In this document: piece by piece, positions 39,601-51,870 of the stretch
Position numbering within the stretch: position 1 is the stretch's first letter
How the letters are laid out: every line of letters starts with the position of its first letter
DNA from: Kudoa neothunni
Taxonomy: Eukaryota > Animalia > Cnidaria
Direction: 5' to 3'
DNA: 64,000 nt
Assembly: GCA_964304625.1 (NCBI GenBank)
Contig: OZ199838.1
Span: 8,329,550 to 8,393,549, forward strand
Translations under genes and position numbers: made by a program
Notes under the pieces: generated by a model
Databases searched by the model: none
What the model saw: the letters and a program-made list of their open reading frames with translations, nothing else
Told to the model about the DNA's origin: nothing

Positions 39601-41160
39601 TAGTTGTTGGGTTGGAACATTGTTAAGTCTGACAGTTAATTTGTCAATTGAGTTGACGTTGTTTTGTATTTTTCAGCGGTTGCTTTCTTAAGTTGACGCC
39701 GTTTTTCAGAATAGGTTGGTTGATTTGTTTGGGTTGGATCGATCTGGGGATGGAAAATTATATCGTCGTTATCATTATCAATATTAGTATTGGTAGGTTG
39801 AAGGACATGCTCAGAAGATGGGTTTGGGGTGGCGATTGAGCAGGGAGATCGATAGTTTGGATTGTTTGAAGATTTACAGTTGAAGCAGGTTCAATAAACT
39901 CTTCTTCTTCTGTCTCGAATTCTTCATTTGAACTTGGATTGATGGGATTATTGCTTTGTTCATGTCTAACATTAGAAATGAACAAAGTAATGTCTTGGGA
40001 TCTTGCTAGGCAATCAGTGGAGGTTATTCGGGGAAAGGTAATATGAGAATTATCATCAACAGGAGTTATTGTTTGGGTTGGTTGTTGACTTTCGGGACTT
40101 GAGGTTAACAGAGGGGATTTGAAAGACTGGGAAGAATCGCCGTCATTAGGAATTGATGCAGATGGCCATTTTTGCCGTGGATAGTTGAGGGAGTTGGCTA
40201 GAGGAGACGTTTCTTCATGTTCTTCGGATTGAGAGACATGAGATTTCAATGAATCGACAAATTCTCCTTCATCATCATCATCATCATCAAGAGAAGAAGA
40301 AGAATTATCAGAAGCGTTTGGGTCAAAACTGACTTTCTTACTAGCCAGGTTGAAGAATGATTTGTTGATTGTGATATTTGTTGACGGTGGTTGTTCAGGA
40401 GAGGATAAAATTGTGGACATACATGGAGATACCTGGACAATACCTGATGTAGGGGTGGGTGTGTTGTTAGATTCATTATCATCAGCTATATTTGGTTGGA
40501 TTGTTGGAGGGTTTGAAGTAGCTGGATCGTCATGATTTTCGAGATTTTGGAGAGTTGATTTTTCATTTATAAAAGCAATCTTCGTAAACTTGATAACGAT
40601 TGCACCTTCATTGGTTTGGGCCATTTCATAAATCTCTGGGAAAGACTCCTGCAGAGTACCGTTGTTATAAGATTCTCTTAACAGAGTTTCTATATCATCA
40701 GCTAGACGGCACACCTTTTCTTCGAGACTTAAAACCGTCGTTTTTCAGTTCCTTGCATTGTGGGTACCAGCTTAAGGAGCTCAGTCAATGGTAGTCTCTT
40801 GGCTTGGAGAAATGTTGCGGATTCATCAGCTTTCACATCAGATTCAATATTCACATTTGTAAATTCTTGAGAAGTATCAACAACGGTTGCATCAACCATT
40901 TTAGAAGGGAAATCTTTGAGTACAACACGTTGAACAGTGGCGGCATGGAGAGCATTCATTCCCTCAAAATGTAGTAACAGTTCGCCATACGAATTTCGCA
41001 AGGTTCGATAAAATAAGGAAATTTTAAGTTCTATCGGAAGCAACTTGCGTCTCTTTTCTTTTTTATTGAGATATGAGAAAAAAAGACCACATGTCGCGCA
41101 CGTAATCTCGTATCTCCGCAAATACTAGTCCATTTTTGCTGATTCAAACGTCATTTGAAT
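36679..41160 (-). mobile_element. Non-LTR retrotransposon with RT and C-terminal restriction-like endonuclease (R2 group, NeSL/Utopia-like), decayed
   Basis: RT motifs QKGF..DGC, WIDITKAFDSVPH, GVRQGFPLSPLLFN, YADD, YKYL. CCHC knuckle CRHC...H (last Cys codon now TGA). REL motifs RHD, RRPN (PD decayed), VETT, KARKY, FGSLG. Several frameshifts. 5' boundary approximate. Confidence 0.93.
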
Positions 41161-41206
41161 CATCCAAAAAAATTACGTTTTCTTAAAATGCAAAAGAAAA
41201 TCTGTG

Positions 41207-41279
41207 TGATTCCTCCGGGGTTCGAACCCGGGACCTCAAGTGTGTGAGACTTGCGTGATAACCACTACACTAAGAAATC
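41207..41279 (-). tRNA. tRNA-Val(CAC)
   Basis: GATTTCT TA GTG TAGTGGTTAT CAC G CAAGT CT-CAC-AC ACTTG AGGTC CCGGG TTCGAAC CCCGG AGGAATC A: full cloverleaf, A and B boxes, T4 runs downstream. Confidence 0.96.
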
Positions 41280-41428
41280 CACATGTGTCATGTGTTCGTA
41301 CATTGGGTTTTATTCATTGAGTAACCATAAATAAGATAGCGAACTTTGTATTGATACCTTAACATACTTGAGGAAAATTTTTATTGAATCTTGAGTACGG
41401 AGATAACGAATTATTTTGAGCTAATTAA

Positions 41429-41923
41429 CCCTCGAGGGATTATGAGGTGAAATTCACCCCATAAAAGGTTTAATCGTATCATATATTCTTCCATGGTCTT
41501 TTAATGTGCATGAAATTATCGCTATACCTATAAATTTATTTTAAGTGAAAATTATGAGTGTCTGGTTTTTAAAAAAAAATACACGAAATCATTAAAAATT
41601 AAAAAACTCCCTCCAAAGATTTTGGGGTGAAATCCACCCCAGCATAATTTTTACTTAATTATTCATCCAAAAAATGTGTTTATTGTTAAAAATTAATTAT
41701 ATTAAAATAATAAATTAAGTTAGAATTTAAAATAAAATACATAGCAGTTACATTTTTTACCTTTGTGCGTTAACGAAGAATTGATGAATTATGACTTATG
41801 TCTTTTAAGGTTTTATGAGGATTAGTAAGTTGAGTAATGACACTTTCTCTCTGTATATAATGTGTCAAACCATATAATGTTTTAGAATGAATTCATTACA
41901 ATTTTTTGTTTAAATAAATTTAA
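41429..41923. mobile_element. piggyBac-like terminal fragment
   Basis: TTAA followed by CCCTCG and a repeated G(A/G)GGTGAAAT(T/C)CACCCC palindrome (~41446 and ~41624). Partner end not found. Confidence 0.5.
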
Positions 41924-43180
41924 CCCTGCCTGTCCGAAGCGGGGTCACTCAGGGACCCCAAAATAACCATTTTGTTTATAATTTCAAACACGTTTAATTT
42001 TCGATTGTAAAATTTCCTGAATTCCTCTATAAAGATATAAGGCTTTTATTTAAATATTTTTATATATAATTTTGTTTAATTATCATAAATAGTTTTCGCT
42101 TTTAAAATGACGTCTTACATGTTTTTTAAGAAATAATGCCAATCTCATCTCCTATTTTATTTCAAAACTACATTAACTTTTCGTATTAATTGTAAATGTC
42201 TTTTTGTATCGATATCATGGGTTGAAATCAAATTTAAAGTTACATCGTGATATTTTGGGGGGATTACGAAGGTTAATTCATTTCGGTCGAGTTTTATTCT
42301 AACTCTGATAAGGTAATTGGTTATGTTGAAAATTTTATTTTTTTATTTAATTTGATAAAGCCCTTATTTTGTAATTATGAGCAACGAAGCTGATAAATAT
42401 ATTGATAATTCCTCTTCCACTGATCGTTATGACACTTCAGAATATGAAATTTCTGAGTCAGATGATACATCCACTGAGGATTTTCTTGAGGAAATTAATA
42501 GCTATGTTGAAGAAGAAGACTTTTCTGAGGACTTGGATTATTCTTTTGTAACAGAAAATCACGATTTTTAGTTAGTTTCCCAATCTGCCTTTAAATGGAG
42601 TGTAGAACCTCGCACAAAAACAAAGGATCGTTCCCATAACAAGATTCTTCCTCCATCTTCTGAATTTTTAAGAGAGTCAGGAAATTTCAACACCATTTTA
42701 GAGACATTTGAATTATTCATTACGGGGGATATTCTTGAAGAAATCGTCTCATGTACTAATAAATATTTCGAACAATATAAACATATACAAAATGATGAAA
42801 TAACCACTGACGAGTTAAAAGCCTTTATGGGTGTTTTAATTGCCTCCGGCCGCTCCAATGGCCAATCTCTTGCTCTTCGAAATATGTGGGATACCAATCC
42901 ATTATTCAAGCAGTTTTATTTCGCGACAGCGATACCCAGGGACCGATTTACCCACACATATCAAGTGTTGAGGTTTGATGATAAATCTACTAGAAACTAC
43001 CGTAAACGAGAATCAAACGACAAATTCGAGGCTTTTCGAAAGATCTTTCAGGCGTTTAATGAAAACTGTTTGAAGAGCTTTTGGCCCGGGCCTTATATTA
43101 CTGTTGACGAGAGGTTGGTGAAAGATCTAATTGCACCATTTTACGGTACGTGTCGAGGCGTTACAGTAGATAATTTTTTT
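41924..43180 (+). mobile_element. piggyBac left end plus truncated transposase (42377-43180)
   Basis: TTAA followed by CCCTGCC with GGGGTC..GACCCC; acidic N-terminus, LRFDD, ITVDERL and VTVDNFF motifs. Cut off by a MULE TIR. Confidence 0.85.
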
Positions 43181-43388
43181 GATAGTGTCTATTTGCACTC
43201 CCTCGGTGCATGCGCAGAGGATTAAAGCATTATCACTATATGTGCTTTTACTCCCATATTAGTCATTTCAAATAAATAATAATAGTTGCTAACACAAAAT
43301 AATATTTTTTAATTGACTTTTAAAGTCATATGTCAATTATTATTTATCGTAAAAATTACAATCATATTTACTCCATAAAACAATTTTA

Positions 43389-45563
43389 GGTAATGGGGGA
43401 GTATCCAGCTCCAAAAATTCAGCATCTTCCCGTGCACGCGCACTCCCGATTGTTTTATAATTTAATTCACAACGTTTTTAAAATACTGAGTGATCATAAA
43501 TAATTTATATTTTTAATTTTTGTAATATTATCAAATATGTTCTCGCGATTAAAGAATCACACAGGATAGGAGATATTTGATTCAGTGGTGTTTTGAATTT
43601 TCGATAATTATAGATGTAATAGTAACTGCTATATTTATATCTCACGTTAAATTTAAAAATTTATGTTTTTATAATTTAATCCGATTAACAAAAGTTTTTT
43701 CGATGGCGGATTTTTCACTTCAGCGTCAATTTTATAAACTTTTGTTTAATGTGAGTGCTCTATTTACTTGCCTAGCGAATAAGAGTCTATTACAAAAAAT
43801 GCCTGATCGGTGCAAGAATTGCCACAGGTATAACACTCTACGCCTCCAAGTTACAACGAGAAAAAGAAACAATACTTCAATCGATCTTTGTGACGATGAT
43901 ATTGAGAAATACTCGTATACATGTTCAAAGTACTTTTATTTTATGTTTAGTTTTTAAAATATTAATTTTAGGAGTGATTGTAGAACGCATTTTTCACCCA
44001 GGACCTCTACCTTCTTTGGCATCAATAACGCGATGGGGACGAATGTTTATTAAGAGGTCGCCGTAAAAACAACCGGGGAAGATTTTTAAGCATGGACAGA
44101 TGGTTGGCCACCTCTAACTATTTCTTAAGGAGTAGGTTATTCCGTGGAGCGACTCCTTTGAGACGTCAGCGTAGAAATGAAAGGTATGGTTACAGAATAA
44201 ACGGCCCTTGGGTTGTTAGCATTTGCGAATGCTCTGTCGATGAAGATGGCAAACGCAAATTGTTAGAATCAAGATTTTTTATTGTCAAAAAAGGGGATAA
44301 ACGAACGTTGACCCAACTCGTCTTACAGGAAGTTGAAAACGGGACTACAATCTATACTGACGAGTGGTTGGGGTACACCTCTCTCCGAATTTACGGCTAT
44401 AACCATATAACCGTTAATCACTCTAAAGAGTATGTCACTCCAGAGGGTTACCATACTAATACGGTCGAGATTGTGTGGCATCATCTCAAAACAAAACTCA
44501 TTCGGAAAATGAGCGGTGTGCCACGAAATCAGCTGGATTCCTACCTACATGAATCATGATCACGTTCCATCCATAGAGGATATTGGAATTTTTTCGAATA
44601 TATTTTAACAGCGATCGCTCCTATTTACCAATTAAATAATAGCTAGTGAAACAAAATATTTGTGTTTTGATTCCTCTCATCTTTTATATACTGCTATTTG
44701 TCAAAAAACTTAAGAAAACTTTAGATTTTACCATATTAGTATTAACTATAAAATTAAAATTATATTTGCAATAAATATATTTGAGATTTCTCGCGTATTT
44801 TCGTCTAATGATAATAAATAAAAATATATGTTTATGATTTACCGTTAAGGCTTTATTAATGAAAGAATAATTTTTCCTTATAAATGAAATTAGATTATGA
44901 AATTTAAAAAAAACAAATTTTTAATTTGGGACTCACAATTGTTTCTCAGTCTTGATAATCAATCTGATTATACAATACATCAACTATGAATTATAGTTAT
45001 CACGGATCGTTCCTCAAAGTGGTCAATATATTTGTACAAATCAACATTAAATACTTTATGGTTGACTTATTTATAATCTAATTATAAGTAGTTAACGAAT
45101 TATTCATTTTGTTGTTTGTACGGTATACCGTTATATATTTAATATTAGTACACCAAAAAAATATATGAACTAAAAAATAAATTTTTAAGCAACAATTAAG
45201 AGTCAATAATGTAAAAAATGAAAACTTAAGGTTAAAAAACACAATAAATAACTGGCATATATCCTTTCCGTTCAATTTCATTAATAATTCAAAGAACATA
45301 TTTGATATTACAAAAATTAAAAATATAAATTATTTATGACAAATTAGGCTGAAAAAGGTTATGAAAAGGTATGCGCATTACATTGCGCGCTTCCCGATTG
45401 TTGCCGAAGTGTAATTTTTTGCAACTCTTTAGAATAAAAATTTTGGTCTGATTTGTGATCACTCAGTATTTCAAAAATGTTGTGAATTAAATTATAAAAC
45501 AATCGGGAGTGCGCGTGCACGGGAAGATGCTGAATTTTTGGAGCTGGATACTCCCCCATTACC
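43389..45563 (+). mobile_element. Merlin (ISXO2-like) transposon with long TIRs
   Basis: TIR GGTAATGGGGGAGTATCCAGCTCC... (>110 bp); perfect 8-bp TSD caatttta. Motifs DECLLRGRRKNNRGR, IYTDEW.GY, VNHSKEYV..GYHTNTVE. Confidence 0.93.
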
Positions 45564-46897
45564 CAATTTTATGTCAACTTCCACGTATTATAAATTAAAA
45601 AATGGTTAGATAATAATTACAAGACAAACTCATGTGAATATATCTTTGTGCGGTTTATTAGTTTTGAGCGTAATGAGTTCAGAAGGCCGCGATTTATTCA
45701 ACAAACGATTCTGTTCATTTGATAATTTAAAAAATCCTACAAAAAATTATTAAAAAATTTGATATATTTTGAAAGTGCCGACTCATTTTACTTCATTTGA
45801 ACGAATTATATCCAACAAATCCAATGTATTTTCAATATTTGGAAAAAACTGGATTAATATTCAAAATATTTGGGCTCAAGTTCATCGTCTCAATGCTCTG
45901 ACATTTGGTTCAAATACGAATAGCAGGATTGAACAACAGCATCACAAGATAAAAGATATATGTCAGAATCATCGTTAATTCACTAAGTCAATTCAATACT
46001 CAATTACTGTAAGACCATCCATAGTGATAATTTATAAAAAACGGTCTGATTCTTATGAATAACAACAACATTGATGATGTTGATATTTTGACAATAATAA
46101 ATCGTTTGTTCAGTTTTGCTGCTGATAAACTCAAATTAGAGACCCAAAATCTGAAATTATTGTCAATTAGGAATTAAAAAAAACTGTTCTTTGTTTACAT
46201 TGCATCTATCTTGTTCAGCAATTATTACGTTTCAAGATAATATATACAAGTTTGATTGTACATTTTTTCAACAATATTCTCTCTCATGAAAACATTTAAT
46301 TGCAAAGGTAAAGTCTTTAATTTTGACTTCTGATTCTATGTGCATTGGAAGATGGTTTATACAAACAATGATATATTCCTCGATAATAATCATGTGTGCA
46401 ATATAACAAACGACGATATTTCAACAATTATAAACTTCCCCGATATTGATTCACAAAATATCGGCTTGAATGTTTTACCACCAATATACATTTAAAATCA
46501 AAGTTTAGAAGAAACAGAAAATTATGTTTTGAAATATTGGATCAATTAAATACACTTGGTGGTAGTCAATACAACGATTTACAAGAGCCTAAAAAACTTA
46601 AAAGATCAGTACGAGAATAAAACCACATTTTCCATAAATCAGCCAAATGAAAAAATTTCCAATTCGTATAATTTCAATTTTCGTTCCATTAAAATAAAAG
46701 GAAGACTAAAACAATTAAAAAACTGTGTTTATAACAAAAAAGCAGAAAAAATATTTTTATTATTTTATTCAATTTTCAAAAAATATTAATTATCGTTTTT
46801 GGCTATTAGTGTTTTTCCGCAACAACTAATATAAGAGAAAAAGCACATATAGAGATAATGCTTTCATCCTCCGCGCACGCACCGAGGGAGTGCAAAT

Positions 46898-48207
46898 CAG
46901 GGTTGCCAGAACTGGTACGTTCGTACCAAATGGTACTTTTTAACCTTCAACAATATTCGATGTCCGGTTAGGTATTAGTGATGAATGCAAGGTAGCATTA
47001 ATGGCTTGACTAAAAATTTTTATTTTTCACGTTTATCTATTGTTATTTTAGCATGTAGATATAAGATTATACGATGATATGCAAAATATTTCTTTATGTT
47101 GAATTCGGTGTTATTTTAAACATCCAATCTATCCCTTTATTGTTTTGTCTCATAAAGAAAAAAAGACATACAATTAAATTTCAAATCGTTATCATTTAAT
47201 ACAATTTTATAAACTTAAGCATATTTTTTTCTTCACTTATCTGTAAAATGAGTTTCTGGCCACGATAATGTTATCTATTTGTTGTTTTAAATGGAACGTT
47301 ATTTGATTTCATGGTCAAATCATTTCCATGTAATCCCAATGTAAGTTTAACCATATACGCGGACAATTAGCTCGTTTACTTCACGAAATTAATTTTTCTG
47401 CTTACAGGTTTTGTACTTGAGGGTTTTAAATGTATTTTTTAACGAACAAAAATCTGGCTCGAAAGAGTTATCGAATTTAATTGTAATTACAAAAATTTCT
47501 TCAAATGTTATGTTTATACATTTCTAACCAAGGGAATTATTAATAAATTATATTTTTTAAAATTAAAGCTATCATTGACACCTGAAAATATTTAAATAAT
47601 ATGAAAAAGAAGTTGAATTGTTTGAGGCCATGGATCCAAGTAACGTAAATGAAGGTAAGCCCGAGTCTATCATACCCCTTGCAGCAAGCTTCCCTAATCT
47701 TATATCGGATGAAGACTGCACCAATGTGGATATTGAATGGAGAAAATTAACTTTCGAAGACTCAAATCTCTTTTCGATAAGTGACCTCGAAAAATTTTGG
47801 TACGATGTATCAGAAAAAAGAATTGGCGATGTTCCTAAATATCCATTAATTTCAAAACTAATGATGAGCTTGCGTTCATTACCTCATTTTTCTGCTTGTG
47901 TCAAAAGAATATTTTCCCAATTCAACATAATCAAAATAAAAAATAGATCATTATTGAAGACCGAAACATTAAACAGCTTAATTTATCCGAAAAGTTTATT
48001 GTATATACAGATTGTACAAAATGGAATCCGCCTGAAGATTTAATAACAGCGTTCATAGAGACAAGCGTTTATGAAGATAACTGTAATGAAACAATTTCAT
48101 TTTAGATAGATTAAAAAACATTTTAAATAACTATGTTTTTCCTCTTAATCCTTTTTTTGCTCAGATTAAGTGTTGGTACTTTTTTCGCTAATCTTCTGGC
48201 AACCCTG
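46898..48207 (+). mobile_element. hAT deletion derivative
   Basis: TIR CAGGGTTGCCAGAA; perfect 8-bp TSD gtgcaaat. ORF 47618-48043 is an hAT dimerization domain (LPH.SA..RIFSQFNIIK.KNRS.L). Confidence 0.9.
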
Positions 48208-48289
48208 GTGCAAATAGACACCATCACGTAATACAGGGGTGCTACGCACCTAAATGTTTTGTCCCAAAAAAGTGCGTAATATCCCTGCA

Positions 48290-49407
48290 CTACTGTATTT
48301 GGTTATGATAATGTTGTGCAGATCGCGCATGTTTATTCAAAGCGTTAGGCAAGTTATTCAAATTAGAATATCCTTCTTTCATCCAGATATTTTCAATGGG
48401 CGGCGAATATAACAGGCAAGAGAAAAAAAAAAGTTTTTTTGTTGTAGTACATCCACATAACCATTCTTTCCACTCGTACCGTACACTATGAAAGGTACGA
48501 GTTATTTTCTCTCCTTTCTGTTGTTTAAGTTCATAAAGTTTTGGTGTTGGTATACCATTTGTAATGATTCTCATCTTTTCTTCATAGGGAAGTTTTGAAA
48601 ACCGTTTGAGATAGTGACTATCCATGATTGAAAATCACGTGATAAAACCAAAACGCATTTCAACAGATAACCAAAATATAAAATTGGGTAGTATTTCAGA
48701 GAAAATGCGAGTTACACATAAATTATTCCTAATCTATAATCTCTATTTTGGATACACTGATTAAGATTTAAATATTTAATAATTCAAAAAATAACTAGAA
48801 TTCCACGTATGAGAGGTTCAAATCGACTCCCATTATTGCATGTTGTCACATGACTACCCAGGGTATTTAGAATTTAGTTTGTATACCCTGGTTAGTACAA
48901 AAAATAGAAATGTGCGGAATCGTACCTCAAGTGCCAGTTTCTCGCATCTACGCATGTTCTATATAGGAGGCTCGAGGCAGCCGTGACCTCTGCCTACCTT
49001 GACCTAAATATTTGAGAAATTTTTATTTATTTACATATTTTTTATAATATGTATATTATACACTCATAACTGAAAATTTCTTATTCATCTATATTGGAAG
49101 TTGGCAAATCAGGCATCACAGGCCTTAATTTGCCAATGCTTTACACATCTGGACCCATGAAAGTTACTCTATATCAAGTTATTTTGGACTATTATTGATT
49201 CTGGTTCATATATTTAAACCAATACTGAGATAAATACAAATAATTTTTCTATTTACGTTCATTAATACACACATTATTTATTTTTTAGTTGGTGTTATCC
49301 TATTAATTATCAGGTTACAGCCTGTAATGCAGGTACAAAAATTTCCCCACCCAACATATTCCAGGGTATGCATTGCATACCTTGCATACCCGGACGACAC
49401 GTGCCTG
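48290..49407 (-). mobile_element. 5' fragment of a ZMYM1-like hAT, same family as 8702-13039
   Basis: TIR CAGGCACGTG ending at 49407. ORF MDSHYLKRFSKLPYEEK... is homologous to MDSRYLKEFSKLPYKNK at 10239. Confidence 0.85.
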
Positions 49408-49804
49408 ATGCAAATAGACACTGTTGTCTCGGCTCCCTCATTCATTGAGTCTCCCGCTGTATCCTGTTTCGCACTCATCCTGGTTAGCGCCATAGAAACA
49501 CTTTTGCAAGACACGACACAAAACGATTAATATCGAGCATAAGTCAAATATAAAAGAATATATATATATATCCAACAGACACTATCAGTAAAAATCGTTC
49601 ATAAATTAAATACACAATCCTTTATGTAGATAAATTGGAAACGCGCGCGAATATAACTATTGTTTACGTTCGATTAACCGGAATCTCGCTATCCGGAAAG
49701 GAAATCACTGGTCCCCAATTTTCCAGATAATCGAGGTTCGACTGTATATCTAAAATTTTTAGAATGAATTGCGCGGGCGTAATTGAAAATTAATATACAT
49801 ATCT

Positions 49805-50262
49805 CGGAGGTTTGTCGGTTGGATTCAACATCCGAGGGTACCGGGTTCAGTTCCACCCCCTACCAATCAACTGTTTCGGTACGAGTGTATATTTACCTCC
49901 TAATGGGAGCTATTGTTAGTGTTAGAGCGCAACATTATGTGTAATTTCACTTTCGTTTATATAGTTCGCTCGTTCACAGGCGGGTTTATTAGATGTTTGA
50001 ATCGTCAGGTCTGCATTAACAATTATGAAATCTACGTAGAACCAAGGTTCTTATGGGTGAGGTTTGAGGTGATGGTTGCCCCAAAGACTTTGATATTGCA
50101 TGGGTTAAACTTCCACATTACCGCAAAATGATGAAGGATGGAGTAGATGTCAACCGTTCTATGGTATCTACAACATTGATGTGGGTGACATAACCCGTAA
50201 CCAACCACTTTTCTACAACCTAACAAGTTGCGCGAGAAATTTGACCTTGTAAACAGAAAAAA
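49805..50262 (+). mobile_element. Possible tRNA-derived SINE (decayed)
   Basis: Anticodon-like arm TTGGA-TTCAACA-TCCGA, then GGGTA CCGGGTTCAGTTCC (B-box-like), a ~400-bp body and an A-rich end. Confidence 0.3.
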
Positions 50263-51870
50263 CGTTAATCACCATTATGTTTAAGCGGAATTTCACTATC
50301 TGGAAGAATAATATTGGTTCTCATTTTATCTAAATAATAGTATTTGAGTTATAGACAAGGTATTAAGTGGTGGAGATCTAGCTTAACGACTCAATTTTAC
50401 GAAATCTTAGTGCTTAATCATATATAGGGGCATAATTTACCAAGGAGGTTTATTAGTCTCTTTTTTGACTCATCCGATAATACGGAATGTAAATTCTCTA
50501 TTAGCATAAATGCTGTGGTGATTTAAGACATATGATGTAAAGAATGAATCAATTATTGTTTGAATAACTGAAAGTTTCCTTGACGTTTTTTATATCGGGA
50601 ATTTTTTTAAGTCAATTAGTTTACATTCTGTCTGATAAGAACTCATTTAAACGACATATCGACACTATAAATTTGTATACCTGCAGTAGATTAAATCTAC
50701 AAATGAGTCAATGAATGGGTCATAATCGTATAAACAATCAATTAGTAGGTAAGTTTGTATCCGATTACCCATTAAATAGCATCAAAATACTCCAAAAACC
50801 CAAGATATTATTTGGTTATTGATTAATGTTCTATGTTGTTTTGTTGTATTAAGTGGTATCACTGATACAAAACCAATTTTGTAGCAATATTCACTATTAT
50901 TTACATTTTTATGTAGATAAAAGTTTGTCGTTGTGCCGACAGCGGAGATATAACTACTGAGAGGGGAAATTAGGAAATTAATGCCGAGCGGAATAAATGG
51001 ACCCAAATCTGTATGAAAAAAATCCAGCTCTAATTTTTAATGATGCAATAACGGACGATGGTTGCGAATCATTTCGTGCGACCAACGAGAATAATGTATC
51101 AGAGCTACTGTTACCTGAGAAGGACGATAGGGGAATGCTTCAGTCAAGTTCGAGTAGGTCCGTTAAATTATTACTAGAGAAAACTAAATGTTAACAAACC
51201 TTTATTCTAGATTTTGATACTTATATATTTTTAAAAGAGTGTAAAATTTAGATCCACCCCCTGCACACTATTTAAACCATAGGTATTGTACCCAGCTTAG
51301 CCTAAGCTATCCTTTAACAACATAGAGGTTGTAAAACTAAGATCTTAAGAGATTATGTATATGTAGTGGATATAACGTAAAAATGAAATTTAATTTAGAT
51401 TGAATTTGTTGAGGAGAATTTGTTCATAAGAATATCTAAATAAATGTTTTTAAAATCAGGATATAAACCTTGTATCTAGCCTCATGTGTATTTCTTATCT
51501 AAGTTGTTTGTCTTCAAGGGGGTTTCGCTCAGGCGTCAATAACTGAAAATATTGACGATGCGGCTCAAAACCTTGATATAAAAACCACGACTCACTGTAA
51601 ATTTTTTATACGTCATACTTATTTTTATTAAATCGTTATTGTATAAAATTTAGTGCAACAAATTGGAATTGAAATGTCTGCAGCGTCGAATTCAGGTATT
51701 TGAATTTTTTGTCTATAAGTAACTTTAAAAATGATCATATAATAACAACTCGACAATGAATGATAATTCTAAGTTTTATATAATTCATAATACCATGTTA
51801 GAATGAATTGGATTATAGTTTTACAAATATTGTCATATTAAATTTGGTGTTTTAATAAGTTCATATAGTA

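Larger units (their letters stand above)
43181..48225 (+). mobile_element. MULE (ZSWIM-type) relic with long TIRs, hosting Merlin and hAT insertions
   Basis: TIR GATAGTGTCTATTTGCACTCCCTCGGTGC...GTGCTTTT; its inverse lies at ~46838-46897 plus 48216-48225. Remnants WAQVHR..TFGSNTNSRIEQQH and a decayed SWIM finger. Confidence 0.75.
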
